Made by a program: the position numbers and the translations under genes. The notes below the pieces were generated by a model. It was not told the DNA's origin. It saw nothing but the letters and a program-made list of their open reading frames with translations, and did no database searches. A stretch of DNA of 61,342 nt, filler included, from Stramenopiles sp. TOSAG23-6 (taxonomy: Eukaryota), in the NCBI GenBank assembly GCA_900128565.1. It is 12 parts of 12 records of this genome, joined end to end, with 100 filler letters (N's around TTAATTAATTAA, not from the genome) between each part and the next. Parts side by side here need not be neighbours in the genome. Positions count along the whole stretch, not along the records: positions 1 to 5,052 come from LT636982.1; positions 5,153 to 10,201 come from LT636983.1; positions 10,302 to 15,343 come from LT636984.1; 9 more parts are not named here. One strand, given 5' to 3'. Each line of letters opens with the position of its first letter. Position 1 is the stretch's first letter. Positions 1 to 10,302 of the stretch are shown piece by piece.

Positions 1-56
1 ATTTTGTACCTAACAAATTTTAGTTTTTTTTTTTGAAATATTTTTCCAAAATACAT

Positions 57-658
57 AAGGATTACTAATGCACTGTATCAAGCACAGTTGATCAATAAAG
101 GTGGAAAAATTGTTATTATTACTTCACAAGCTGGTTCAATTTCCTGGCGCGCTCATCAAAACCCCAATGGTGATAATTATGTACGCGCTAATCACTCTTT
201 TTCATCATATATTTCATTTTTTTTCATCGGAAATTTCATTTCTAACAAATTTCAAATTTGGCATTTTTTTTGTGAGCCACATGGTCACCATATGAGTCGC
301 TCTGCGACAAATATGATGGCAAAATTACTTTCATTTGAAATGAAAAATCATGGTTTTCCTGTTGCTTTATTACACCCAGGATTTAATAAAACTACAATGA
401 CTAAAAAATATGAATCTATTTGGGATGTTGAAGGTGCGGTAGACCCAGAAATCGGTGCCATGTATGTTTTATTTTTTTTTTTACAAAAAAATCGAATTTA
501 TTTTTCATACGAAATTTTGTACGTAATAAATTTTTTTAGATTTTTTTTGAAATATTTTTCCAAAATACATGAGAGTTCTTCATACAATCAATCAAGTAAA
601 TATGGAAAACTCTGGAGATTTTATAAATTGTGAGGATGGGCTATTAATACCGTGGTAA
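57..658 (+). CDS. Short-chain dehydrogenase/reductase (CsgA-like), 5'-partial; exons 57-180, 283-461, 571-658
   Basis: Spliced product reads KIVIITSQAGSI...GDNY|GHHMSRSATNM...VALLHPGFNKT.MT...GAM|RVLH...SGDFINCEDGLLIPW*, matching the CsgA-type SDR C-terminus. Obtained by removing GT..AT introns. Confidence 0.85.
181..282 (+). other. Non-canonical GT-AT intron (diverged family member)
   Basis: gtacgc...tctaac...gagccacat; removal joins DNY to GHHMS. Confidence 0.8.
462..570 (+). other. Non-canonical GT-AT intron (repeat family)
   Basis: gtatgttttatttt...catacgaaattttgtacgtaat...ccaaaatacat; removal restores the frame to the conserved ...IPW* end. Confidence 0.85.
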
Positions 659-983
659 ATTGGTAAATTGGTAATTAATTTGTCAATTTGTATGACTGCA
701 AAATGGCAAAATATCTCTTTACTTGAAATTTCAAAAACAACAACAATGATACCAACATTTGATATATTTGAATGATATATGAATTGATTTTTATAATTTA
801 TCTTTTTAATTCAATAAAATTTCATATTTGATTTCGGATACTGTATTTTTTATTTTCAATTCTGAGCATACCTTATAAATAGATTTCTATCCATTAGTTC
901 AATTTTTTTTTACGTAAAACTTTTATTTTTTTCGTACGAAATTTTGTACCTAACATTTTTTTTCCAAGATTTTTTTTTTCCTG

Positions 984-1493
984 TTATCCAACATTGGTTG
1001 CTTGTATCCATAGTATCGTACTGATAAAAAAAGAGACGCTCAAAGATGCTAATGAAACATAAGTTACCCGGATATCATAAAGTGGCGATGTCGGTGGTAG
1101 AGGACCTTTTTGTCTTAGAATTGCATTTATTTGAGTTTTTCTTTTATTCTTTAGTTCTTCGGCATAAGGCGGAAGAGTTTTATCAGGTTTGTCTTGTTCG
1201 GAATCAGAAAAAAAATCATCACCAGAATACTCCCCATACGGATCTATTGATTTTCCTTTCTCTTTTTCGTCTCTTTGTGACTCATCCCCAGAAAATTCTG
1301 ACCTTGATGCTGATACACCCGCTTCAATATCTAAATTTTGTTGTTCTTGATCATTATATATATCCGCTTCTAATTGACGGTCCTCATCATATATATTTTG
1401 GTCATATTCGCCAGGGGAGGTAGGAGAACGAGATCTTGAAGAGCGTGATGAAGAACGCGAACTTTCTCTTCCATAGTCAGGATAGTTGGACAT
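984..1493 (-). CDS. Hypothetical acidic protein with C-terminal hydrophobic segment
   Basis: 169-aa ATG-initiated ORF; no family recognised. Confidence 0.55.
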   Translation of the reverse strand: MSNYPDYGRESSRSSSRSSRSRSPTSPGEYDQNIYDEDRQLEADIYNDQEQQNLDIEAGVSASRSEFSGDESQRDEKEKGKSIDPYGEYSGDDFFSDSEQDKPDKTLPPYAEELKNKRKTQINAILRQKGPLPPTSPLYDIRVTYVSLASLSVSFFISTILWIQATNVG

Positions 1494-1831
1494 GGTTGTA
1501 ATGTATCAAAATGTTCAAATGTATCCCAGCAAATTCGGAAAGAGAACAAAGTTGTATGGATGTCGTTATTATTTAATGTACTGCTGTAGATAGAACGTTT
1601 GTGTTCTCATTGGACAATATAAGTAACGGACATTCCTACTAACGATTCCAAAGTTTAATTTGAGAATGCAAAACAGGTTTGTTCAAAAAAATAAAATTGT
1701 TTTTTTTTTCTATCATGTGTGACCGAAGAAGAGAGAGAGAGAGAAGAGAAAAGATTTCAATATTTTGAGATTCGAGATTTAGATTAAGAGATTGCGTGAC
1801 ACACCTTCATATTTGGTGGAACCACGTTATA

Positions 1832-2566
1832 ATGAACATTGTCGCATTACTTGTTCTCGCTGTATTACCTCTCTATTCTTTTGCGGGGGGTGAAGAAGGT
1901 TGGGAGGAAGACACATTGGATGTCAATGGTGGCATGTTGGGAAAAAAAATGAGTATTTCTGTTCCTACTTTGAGTGAAGAAGAAGCTGAAAGTGTACAAA
2001 TTCCAGGAAATCTCAAGTGTTGTGGTTGTATTGCTGTAGCATATAATATCCAAAAACAGATTGAGGCGGCCGAAGCTAATCTTCCGAAAAGCAAAAAAGA
2101 TATGCCAATAAGTGAAGTTGCAATTATAGAAACCTTTGAAAAGGCATGTAGTCGTGCTACATATGATGATTATGGTGTTTCTGAAGTAGAAGGCAAAAAA
2201 TTCTTAAAGGGTGATGGACTACCCTACATGACGGAAAGAGCAGGTGCCAGTATAGGAGGCTCTTTATGGCCTTCTCGTTTGAGTCGTACATGTTCACTAT
2301 TTACAGGTGATGAGACATGGGAAGATGGCGAAGAAGAATTTTACCTTACATTTTGGAGAAAGTCGAAGAAGAATTTCACACACGAATTGTGTGTGAATAA
2401 AATGAAATATTGCACAAATGAACAACTCAAGCTCCGTATGACTCCATACACAAAAAACGATATCAAAAAAAGCAACAAAAGCAAAAAGACTAAAAAACGC
2501 AAACGCAAACGAAAGAGTGGTCGTAAAAAAAAAGTACATCAAGGTTTAAATAAAACTGAGCTGTAG
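1832..2566 (+). CDS. MZB1/canopy-like saposin-fold ER protein
   Basis: Signal peptide, LKCCGCIAVAY, DYGVSEVEGKKFLKGDGL, WPSRLSRTC and C-terminal KTEL retention signal resemble MZB1. Confidence 0.8.
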   Translation: MNIVALLVLAVLPLYSFAGGEEGWEEDTLDVNGGMLGKKMSISVPTLSEEEAESVQIPGNLKCCGCIAVAYNIQKQIEAAEANLPKSKKDMPISEVAIIETFEKACSRATYDDYGVSEVEGKKFLKGDGLPYMTERAGASIGGSLWPSRLSRTCSLFTGDETWEDGEEEFYLTFWRKSKKNFTHELCVNKMKYCTNEQLKLRMTPYTKNDIKKSNKSKKTKKRKRKRKSGRKKKVHQGLNKTEL

Positions 2567-2649
2567 TTTAAAAATGCGTTCATTTATTTGTATATTGAAT
2601 TTGTACCAGACATATAGCATATATCATTATGTTGTAGTAGTATTGTCTT

Positions 2650-3690
2650 CTATTTTGTTTTGTTTTTATCAAACAAGAAAATTGCATCACCAAGTATCTT
2701 TTTTATATCATCATTGATAACTAGTTTTGTTTCTCTTGAAGTTATATTATTTCGAGTAAGACGCTTTCTTTGCCCTCGTGATAGACATCTGTTTTTCATA
2801 TCAAAAGATATAGAGTTAGGGTTACTCGAGTTATTATTATTATTCAATGAATTATGTACCACACTGAACAATCTTTGATGGTTTGAACAACGTAGATATG
2901 TACCATTTATTGTCCTTGCTGTAACTATTTTACTTCTACTAATATGTAAAGAATTTTCTTTCTTTGCAGAAATTTTCTCCCAGTAATATAATAAACTTTT
3001 CATGTTTTGCTTTTCCAGACACTTTTGAAATGATTGGGTGCAAGTATTGTGTAATTTACACGCAGTTTCTATTGTAGCTGGCTGGCCATTAATAGAACGG
3101 CGTGTAATAAAATCTTTTACAGCTCTTTGAACGTTTTGTTTATTCACTACTTTAATTTTTGTTTTCTCTTTAATTTTTGTTTGTTCTTGTTTTTGTTCTT
3201 TTATTTCTCTTTTTTCACGGTACCTACTCCGTGATAATGGATGCTTCATCTTCATTTGATGATGCTTGCTGCTATTAAAAACATCCATTTTGTTGACATA
3301 GTTAGCATATTCTTTTTGGACCTCGAGGCGTGTCTTTGGATTGTTTGCAAAATAAGAGAACCTTCGTTTCTCAAAAAAACTTCGTTGTACATCCGAGATT
3401 TGCCTAGGTATTTCTTTGTTATTTCCCAGTGAACAAATGCGGATTCTCATTGGTTTTGAGTTAGTACAATACTCTTTAGTTTGTTGTAAACTATTCGATT
3501 TTTCTGGTTCATCGCCAAATACACCATACATTTCAGGAAAATTCAAATGTTTCATTTTATTTGACTTGTGCTGTTTTTCTCGGATCTTTAGAAGCATTTC
3601 CTTGTATTGTTTTCGTTTCTCAGATATTTCTGCATCTCCCGTAACTTCACGAAAATGCTCGGGTATATCATACATTGAGAATGATTGCAT
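2650..3690 (-). CDS. Hypothetical basic protein
   Basis: 346-aa ORF, no recognised motif. Confidence 0.55.
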   Translation of the reverse strand: MQSFSMYDIPEHFREVTGDAEISEKRKQYKEMLLKIREKQHKSNKMKHLNFPEMYGVFGDEPEKSNSLQQTKEYCTNSKPMRIRICSLGNNKEIPRQISDVQRSFFEKRRFSYFANNPKTRLEVQKEYANYVNKMDVFNSSKHHQMKMKHPLSRSRYREKREIKEQKQEQTKIKEKTKIKVVNKQNVQRAVKDFITRRSINGQPATIETACKLHNTCTQSFQKCLEKQNMKSLLYYWEKISAKKENSLHISRSKIVTARTINGTYLRCSNHQRLFSVVHNSLNNNNNSSNPNSISFDMKNRCLSRGQRKRLTRNNITSRETKLVINDDIKKILGDAIFLFDKNKTK

Positions 3691-3961
3691 ATAAAATCCT
3701 TTGGTTCAGCAAGAAAAATGTACTGGTTCAAAGAAATACTAAGTGTACTGGTTTACTATAGGGCTGCCGTATGGAAATTCTTTTTCGAAACGGATTTTTC
3801 ATTTGATATCAAAAATCTCCGAATGCTTAGCTACCCTAATATGACAGTGTTCACACGAATGAAAGCAAATGATAAATTGTTGCTGTTATCAGATATATTT
3901 GTGTCATATTATTGAGTATTATCCATTGAGAATCCCCATAAAATTATAATATAGGAGCAAG

Positions 3962-4507
3962 ATGTGCATCAAATCGAAAGCAGCAACGTGTATGGCTACA
4001 ATCAGTGCTTGTACTTTTATTATATTCTTCGTCCTTGCTTACACTTTTCAAAAACGTGCATACAATAAATTATACACTAGAGACGACGAAATTAGTTGTC
4101 TAGAACGCAACTTTCAAAAGTTGGATGATATTAGTAAATGCTATATTTACCAGCACACGACAAACAAATGTTACATGGGAATATACATCCCTTCTGGAAG
4201 TCGCCGATGTGTAGTTAATACAATGAAACCTTTAATCTTTGTGTTTTATATTTTGTCTGGAGTTTCGTTTATTCTGTCAGTGTTGCTCTACGGTTGTCTC
4301 TTTTTCAATTACTTTGAATCATCTAAGGTATTAAAAAAGGATAATCCTAAACGTGTAGCAACACAGCAACTGTCATCATTTTCTCCTAGAAATCCAGTAA
4401 TTATTACTGTACAATCACCGTTTTCACTTGAGTCAATTTACCAATTTACACTTGATAGCATATTTTTAGATGTATGTTCTATTAGCTATACGGGTACTGG
4501 CAGTTAG
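3962..4507 (+). CDS. Hypothetical protein with two transmembrane segments and a Cys-containing loop
   Basis: Two hydrophobic stretches in a 181-aa ORF. Confidence 0.5.
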   Translation: MCIKSKAATCMATISACTFIIFFVLAYTFQKRAYNKLYTRDDEISCLERNFQKLDDISKCYIYQHTTNKCYMGIYIPSGSRRCVVNTMKPLIFVFYILSGVSFILSVLLYGCLFFNYFESSKVLKKDNPKRVATQQLSSFSPRNPVIITVQSPFSLESIYQFTLDSIFLDVCSISYTGTGS

Positions 4508-5052
4508 TACGTCCCTTTTAATGGGTCAAAAGAGCCACAAGAGCCACAAGAGCCACAAGAACCACAAGAATGTCATGAAAAAAAGGTCAAAAGTTTCAAA
4601 ACGATAAAATAAAATGTAAAATCTAATTTGGGAGAAAATGACTTGATGTATTGAAATTTTATTATTATATCAACTAATAAATTCTTTTTCTGTATCTTAT
4701 GATGAATGTTTTTGATACTAACAATACATTTATATATAGTTTCATAGTTTCATTATACTCTTCTTCGTCCAACGAGAGCTTTCCCCGACACTAGCCATAT
4801 GTTCATAGGACGAGTCACGAGTCAAAAAAACCATCGTCATCATCACTATCGCTGCTATCCCAAGTAGATCCTTCATCGTTTCTACTATCTTTCATCTGAC
4901 CAAAATATGCCGCGTAATCAGGATTTTTATTTTCCTGTTGTCTTCTTGTTTCATCTTTCATCTGACCTTCTTTTTCGTTTTTCATCATTTCCTCTGCTGC
5001 TTTTTGCCTTCTTCGCTGTGCTCTGCGTTCCATCCGAAGTCGTTGATTTTTT

Positions 5053-5152
5053 NNNNNNNNNNNNNNNNNNNNNNNNNNNNNNNNNNNNNNNNNNNNTTAA
5101 TTAATTAANNNNNNNNNNNNNNNNNNNNNNNNNNNNNNNNNNNNNNNNNNNN
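5053..5152. other. Artificial contig linker (first of 11)
   Basis: N-run + ttaattaattaa (stops in all frames) + N-run, recurring near 10.2, 15.4, 20.5, 25.6, 30.8, 35.9, 41.0, 46.1, 51.2 and 56.3 kb. Confidence 0.97.
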
Positions 5153-5659
5153 TTTTTTTTTACAAAAAAAAAAAAAAAAAAAAAATATTTCTTCACAACA
5201 AATAACAGAATCTCTTGGAGATCATCAGATTCTTCAACAATTGTAGCAACACAACAACAACAGAATAATTCTGAAATATCTGATATTTCAAACCCTAACC
5301 CTAATAATATAAATGATAGGTTAAAACAGTTGGAAATTGATCTGTTGAATCGAAGGCGTAAAAATTCAAGTAGTAGTGGCGGAAGAGCAATAATGCAATG
5401 GTCAAAAAGTGACGATCAAATTTTAGTTTGAAGAGTTTGATACGATTTTATAAAAATGTTTCAAAATGTTTAAAAAATTTAAAAAAATATAGTAAAACTA
5501 TATTTTAAAAATATATTTTAAAAATATATATGGTCAAAATGTTGTAACTATACTATAAAAAATAGAATAAAAGCTGATATTTCTCCCCTTCCCCTCCTTT
5601 ATCATAAATATTCATATAATTTTAAAACAATTGTCGTTGGACGTTGAACACCTCATTTT

Positions 5660-5830
5660 TGTTCTTTTAGTTGAGTTTTATAATTAAAAACATTCCTATA
5701 CATTTTGTTATTGTTTTTTTAGTCAAGTTTTATAATTAAAAACATTCCTACAAATGTTGCTATTGTTCTTTTAGTTGAGTTTTATAATTAAAAACATTTC
5801 TACAAATTCCTACAAATGTTGCTATTTTTC
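5660..5830. repeat. Three imperfect tandem copies of a ~55-bp AT-rich unit
   Basis: ttttagttgagttttataattaaaaacattcctac-like unit repeated three times. Confidence 0.75.
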
Positions 5831-6309
5831 AAACCAAATTTCGTTATTCATATAATAATTTAATTTTANCAATCAAATCAATTCAGTCCTTTACACTTCA
5901 CAGATGTCTGATTTTTTATTCTCTATAGATATCATTGTTGGTTTGTCAAGACCATTTTGTACTTTAGTGCGATGCACTATTTTCATTCAATGTTTCAAAT
6001 TTAATTTTGTTGCACACGACACGAAATATCCAAATATCTGGTGATTTGATGACATCTTCCACAGTNACACAAATAAAAAAAAANAAAAAAAATACTCGCC
6101 GTTTCTTCTACTAAAACGTGAAAGATAAATACCTATTTTACATAGTACTATACACAAAGTTATATTGAATATATATTGGTCTTGTATAAAAAAATGTATA
6201 TAGATCAGAAATAAGATCATTTGCTTATATACTTTGAGTTGTATAAAAGTGTATTTGATACAATTCTTGAGAAGTAGAGAACCTGATCCAGGCAAAGGAA
6301 AAAAACAGT

Positions 6310-9300
6310 ATGGATAATCATTCCGCACGAAATATTGGATTATTTCCTTCTATTAGTCGTCATTCTTCGCCAGCAGTACCTTATAAAAATGACACCAATA
6401 CAAATAGTACAAAATCAACGAAAACGAGTACAGTAAGTTCATCCCCTGATAGTGTATTGAGCTATGCTCATGGTATAAAAACAGCAGCACAACGATCATC
6501 AGAACGTCACAAGACAAGTCTTGTAAAAAATTCTCGCACAGTCTCACGGAATAGTGCCAGACACATTCTCAGTCGATCACAAGGGAAATCATCACATTCT
6601 GGACAATCTCATTCTGGACAATCATTTAATACAACATCAAGATATCGTCCCAGAACAAATCGAGTAAGTTTGTTGACTAAACGAGGACACCGAAGACTTC
6701 ATGCAAAATCAATTCCATTATCACCAGATTTTATAAATAATCGTCCAAAGTCTCACCATATTTCTTCGTCTTCATCCTCTCAAATAATCAACTCTACATT
6801 TAATCAATATGGACTATATACCAAAAATAGTAAATATAATAAGGTAAGTATAGGAATGAGTGGTGGTTCAAATCGTTTGAGGCATAAATATTTACGTGAC
6901 AAAAATGGGAAAAAATTAAAAAACACAAAAAACACAAAACATTCAAAAAATATTANAAAAAAAAGAGACTTTTCTAAAGATACTATTCAACGTGGATTGC
7001 GAAGTACAACAAGTCATAGATTATATAAGAAGAAAAAACCATCTTCACCATATATTTCAAGATTACAATCATCAAATACGATTGTGACCAATGGAATTCT
7101 CTCTCAAGACGGAAATAGAGGGTACCCGGTAACATCATCTCGTTTTTCTACAAAGTCAACAAAATCTCATTTGTCATCAAGTCATAGTAATACTAATTCC
7201 ATGCAGAGGTCAATAATGTCTCCTACTATATCTCATACAACATCTCACAATACTCATGATAAATTACAAACCAAAACACGTGGCTTGAGCAGAAAAAAAA
7301 ATTCAAATTTTCATTGGAATTCTCCGAATTTTAAAAAAAATAATTTGAAAGGTAGTTTAAAAAATCGAACAGGAATAAAAAATGAAGATCAAAATGTGTA
7401 TACATATTATACAAAAAGTATTCAAAATATAAAAAATGCACAAAATATACAAAATGTAAAATATTCAGTAAAAAATACAAAAAATACCAAAAATACCAAA
7501 AATACCAAAAATACAAAAAATNTAAAAAATAATAAAAATAATAAAAATTTGTCAACAAATTCACAAATTCGACCAAGAACATATCGTATAAAAAGACCTC
7601 TGTCAATGCGTGATACAAAAGATTTGAGTTGGCGTCGTGGACGAAGTGCTACAAGTACAACAGATTTTGGCACTTCACAGTTTTCTAATTTGACTCGAGA
7701 TACACCAAAAAATCGTAAAAATCATCAAAATATAAAAAATAATAAAATTGTACAACTTGGCGATTTGGAGAGATCAGGTTGGTTGTATCATGATGCTAAA
7801 ATAACACGAAATCTTGATAATTTATTAACAGCTGCATCAAGTGCATCTTCTGTTGTGTCGATGATGTCAAGACTGAATAGAGAAAAAGTTGTTTGTACGT
7901 TTATTATCTTACAAAACTACAAAATAACTACAAAATAACTACAAAATAACTACAAAATGTTGTGTATTCTAAAAAAATGTTTTTTTTTTTTTTTAATTTT
8001 TAAATTTTTAATTGAACCCTAACCCTAACTCATGAATGTTTTTTCTACAATCTAAAAATATTTCTTGTCATCACATGGAGTCGAGTTTTTTATAGATTAG
8101 AAAGAAATTCATTAAAATTTTATGCTTCAGAACACAACAGGACAAAAACATCACCAAATCCAAACAATGTACGTTTTATTTTTTTTCAATTTTGAGTTTA
8201 TTTTTTTTTTTTTCATAGTAAATTTTGTACCTAACAATTTTTTTTTTTTTTTTTGAAAAATTTTTCCAAAANNNNNNNNNNNNNNNNNNNNNNNNNNNNN
8301 NNNNNNNNNNNNNNNNNNNNNNNNNNNNNNNNNNNNNNNNNNNNNNNNNNNNNNNNNNNNNNNNNNNNNNNNNNNNNNNNNNNNNNNNNNNNNNNNNNNN
8401 NNNNNNNNNNNNNNNNNNNNNNNNNNNNNNNNNNNNNNNNNNNNNNNNNNNNNNNNNNNNNNNNNNNNNNNNNNNNNNNNNNNNNNNNNNNNNNNNNNNN
8501 NNNNNNNNNNNNNNNNNNNNNNNNNNTTTTTTTTTTTTTTGGTTTTTTATAAAAATTTTGTACCTAACAAATTTTTTAAAATTTTTTTGAAATATTTTTG
8601 AAAATACATGGGTTACTTTAACAATAATAACTGATACTAAGTATGACTATGTTCGATGGTTTGAAAGTCTTGCTGCCTTTTTGTTTAGTTCTAAACAAAA
8701 AGAAAATAATTCTTTACCTGCTTCTAATCTAGACAATATTAAAAATAATATTAAAAATAATATTGAAAATAATATTGAAAATAATATTGAAAACAATATT
8801 GAAAATAATATTGAAAATAATATTGAAAATAATATTGAAAATACAAAATTGAATACAGATGAAAAAGAACACAATTCTTCTAACACAGAGCATTTTGTCC
8901 AAAAGACAATTTCTGTGATTCCGGAGATAAAACCGGTTGAAATCTTGACAGCAACGTCTTTATTAAATACTCACGATTTTTCAGAGATCTTACCTACCAT
9001 GGTGCTTCCAATGTATGTTTTATTTTATTTTTTTTCGAATTTATTTTTTTATAGTAAATTTTGTACCTAACGAATAGAAGGTTTTTTTTTTTGAAATATT
9101 TTTCCAAAATACATGGCACCGACAATTCGAGCAAAGCCAATATTACCCGGTACTCTTTCAAATAATCAACAAATTACTATGAATGAGATTGGAACAACAC
9201 ATGATGGTATGACATCACCAAATTATGATATCCCAAGTAATGTTGGTGTGTACGTTTTCTTCAATTTCATTTTTTTTATAATTTAATATTTTTTCATACG

Positions 9301-10201
9301 AAATGTTGTACCTAACGAGTTTTTTTTTCCAAAAAAAAAAAAAAAAAAATATTGTTTTATTCTACATTGATATTGGAATGGGAAAACGTTTAATGATGGG
9401 CCTAGCTTCAGTATCACAAAATAGAATTCGTGCGGTATCAAGTCATATATGTTTTATTTTTTTTCATTTTTGATTTTTTTTTTTTATAAAATTTTTTTTT
9501 TCGTACGAAATTTCGTACCTAACAATTTTTTTTTTAGAAAATTTTGAAATATTTTTCGAAAATACATGTTGCACCAACTATTTCAGAACGTCGTGAAAGA
9601 ATTCGATTAGGCAAAAATATTTGTTCAAGTAATCCAAATAATACAACAAAAATCAGTAGAGGTCAACAGGTTCGTGCTATCCCAGAAACATTATTGAAAG
9701 CTATCCGTGATGCAAATAATGCTGAAAATAATAACAATAGTGACATTGAAAATATAGGTCAGAAGAATGACGAATCAGTTGAACATTCTGATGAGAAGAA
9801 AAAAGTAGACAAAAATACAAAAAATACAAAAAATACAAAAAATACAAAAAATACAAAAAATACAAAAAATACAAAAAATACAAAAAATACAAAACATACA
9901 AAAAGTGAATTTTTTGTGAATAGTTTTGAAAATATTGATGAAAATATTGATGAAAATATTGATGAATATATTGAAAATACAAAAAATACAAAAAATACAA
10001 AAAATACAAAAAATATTCATATTATAAATAATGGAAATAATGGTATGCATAAAGACAAACCAGCAGTGCCAAGTAGAATTTCAAAAAGTTTTCATATAAT
10101 ACAAAAATCTATTATAACAAACGTAAAAAGTGATAGTTGTAGCACATCGCTTGATTCAGATGAAAAAGAAGAATTAGTTGTGCCCGATTGTTTAAGTACA
10201 A
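6310..10201 (+). CDS. Multi-exon low-complexity protein with a PH domain, 3'-partial
   Basis: ERSGWLY...VV|WSRVFYRLERNSLKFYASE...YDYVRWFESL after removing introns 7895-8076, 9013-9114 and 9250-9367 (GT-AT) and 9447-9567 (AT-AT); internal N gap. Confidence 0.7.
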
Positions 10202-10302
10202 NNNNNNNNNNNNNNNNNNNNNNNNNNNNNNNNNNNNNNNNNNNNTTAATTAATTAANNNNNNNNNNNNNNNNNNNNNNNNNNNNNNNNNNNNNNNNNNN
10301 NT

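Noticed and set aside
460-568. Reading the introns as U12-type AT-AC
   Set aside because: It fits only where the upstream exon ends in AT. It fails at 24670, 26607, 28028, 49879 and others; the AG variants fix the register; and there is no RTATCCTT donor.
7331-10050. Phe/Tyr/Leu-rich minus-strand ORFs
   Set aside because: Antisense shadows of NTK/NIEN microsatellites.
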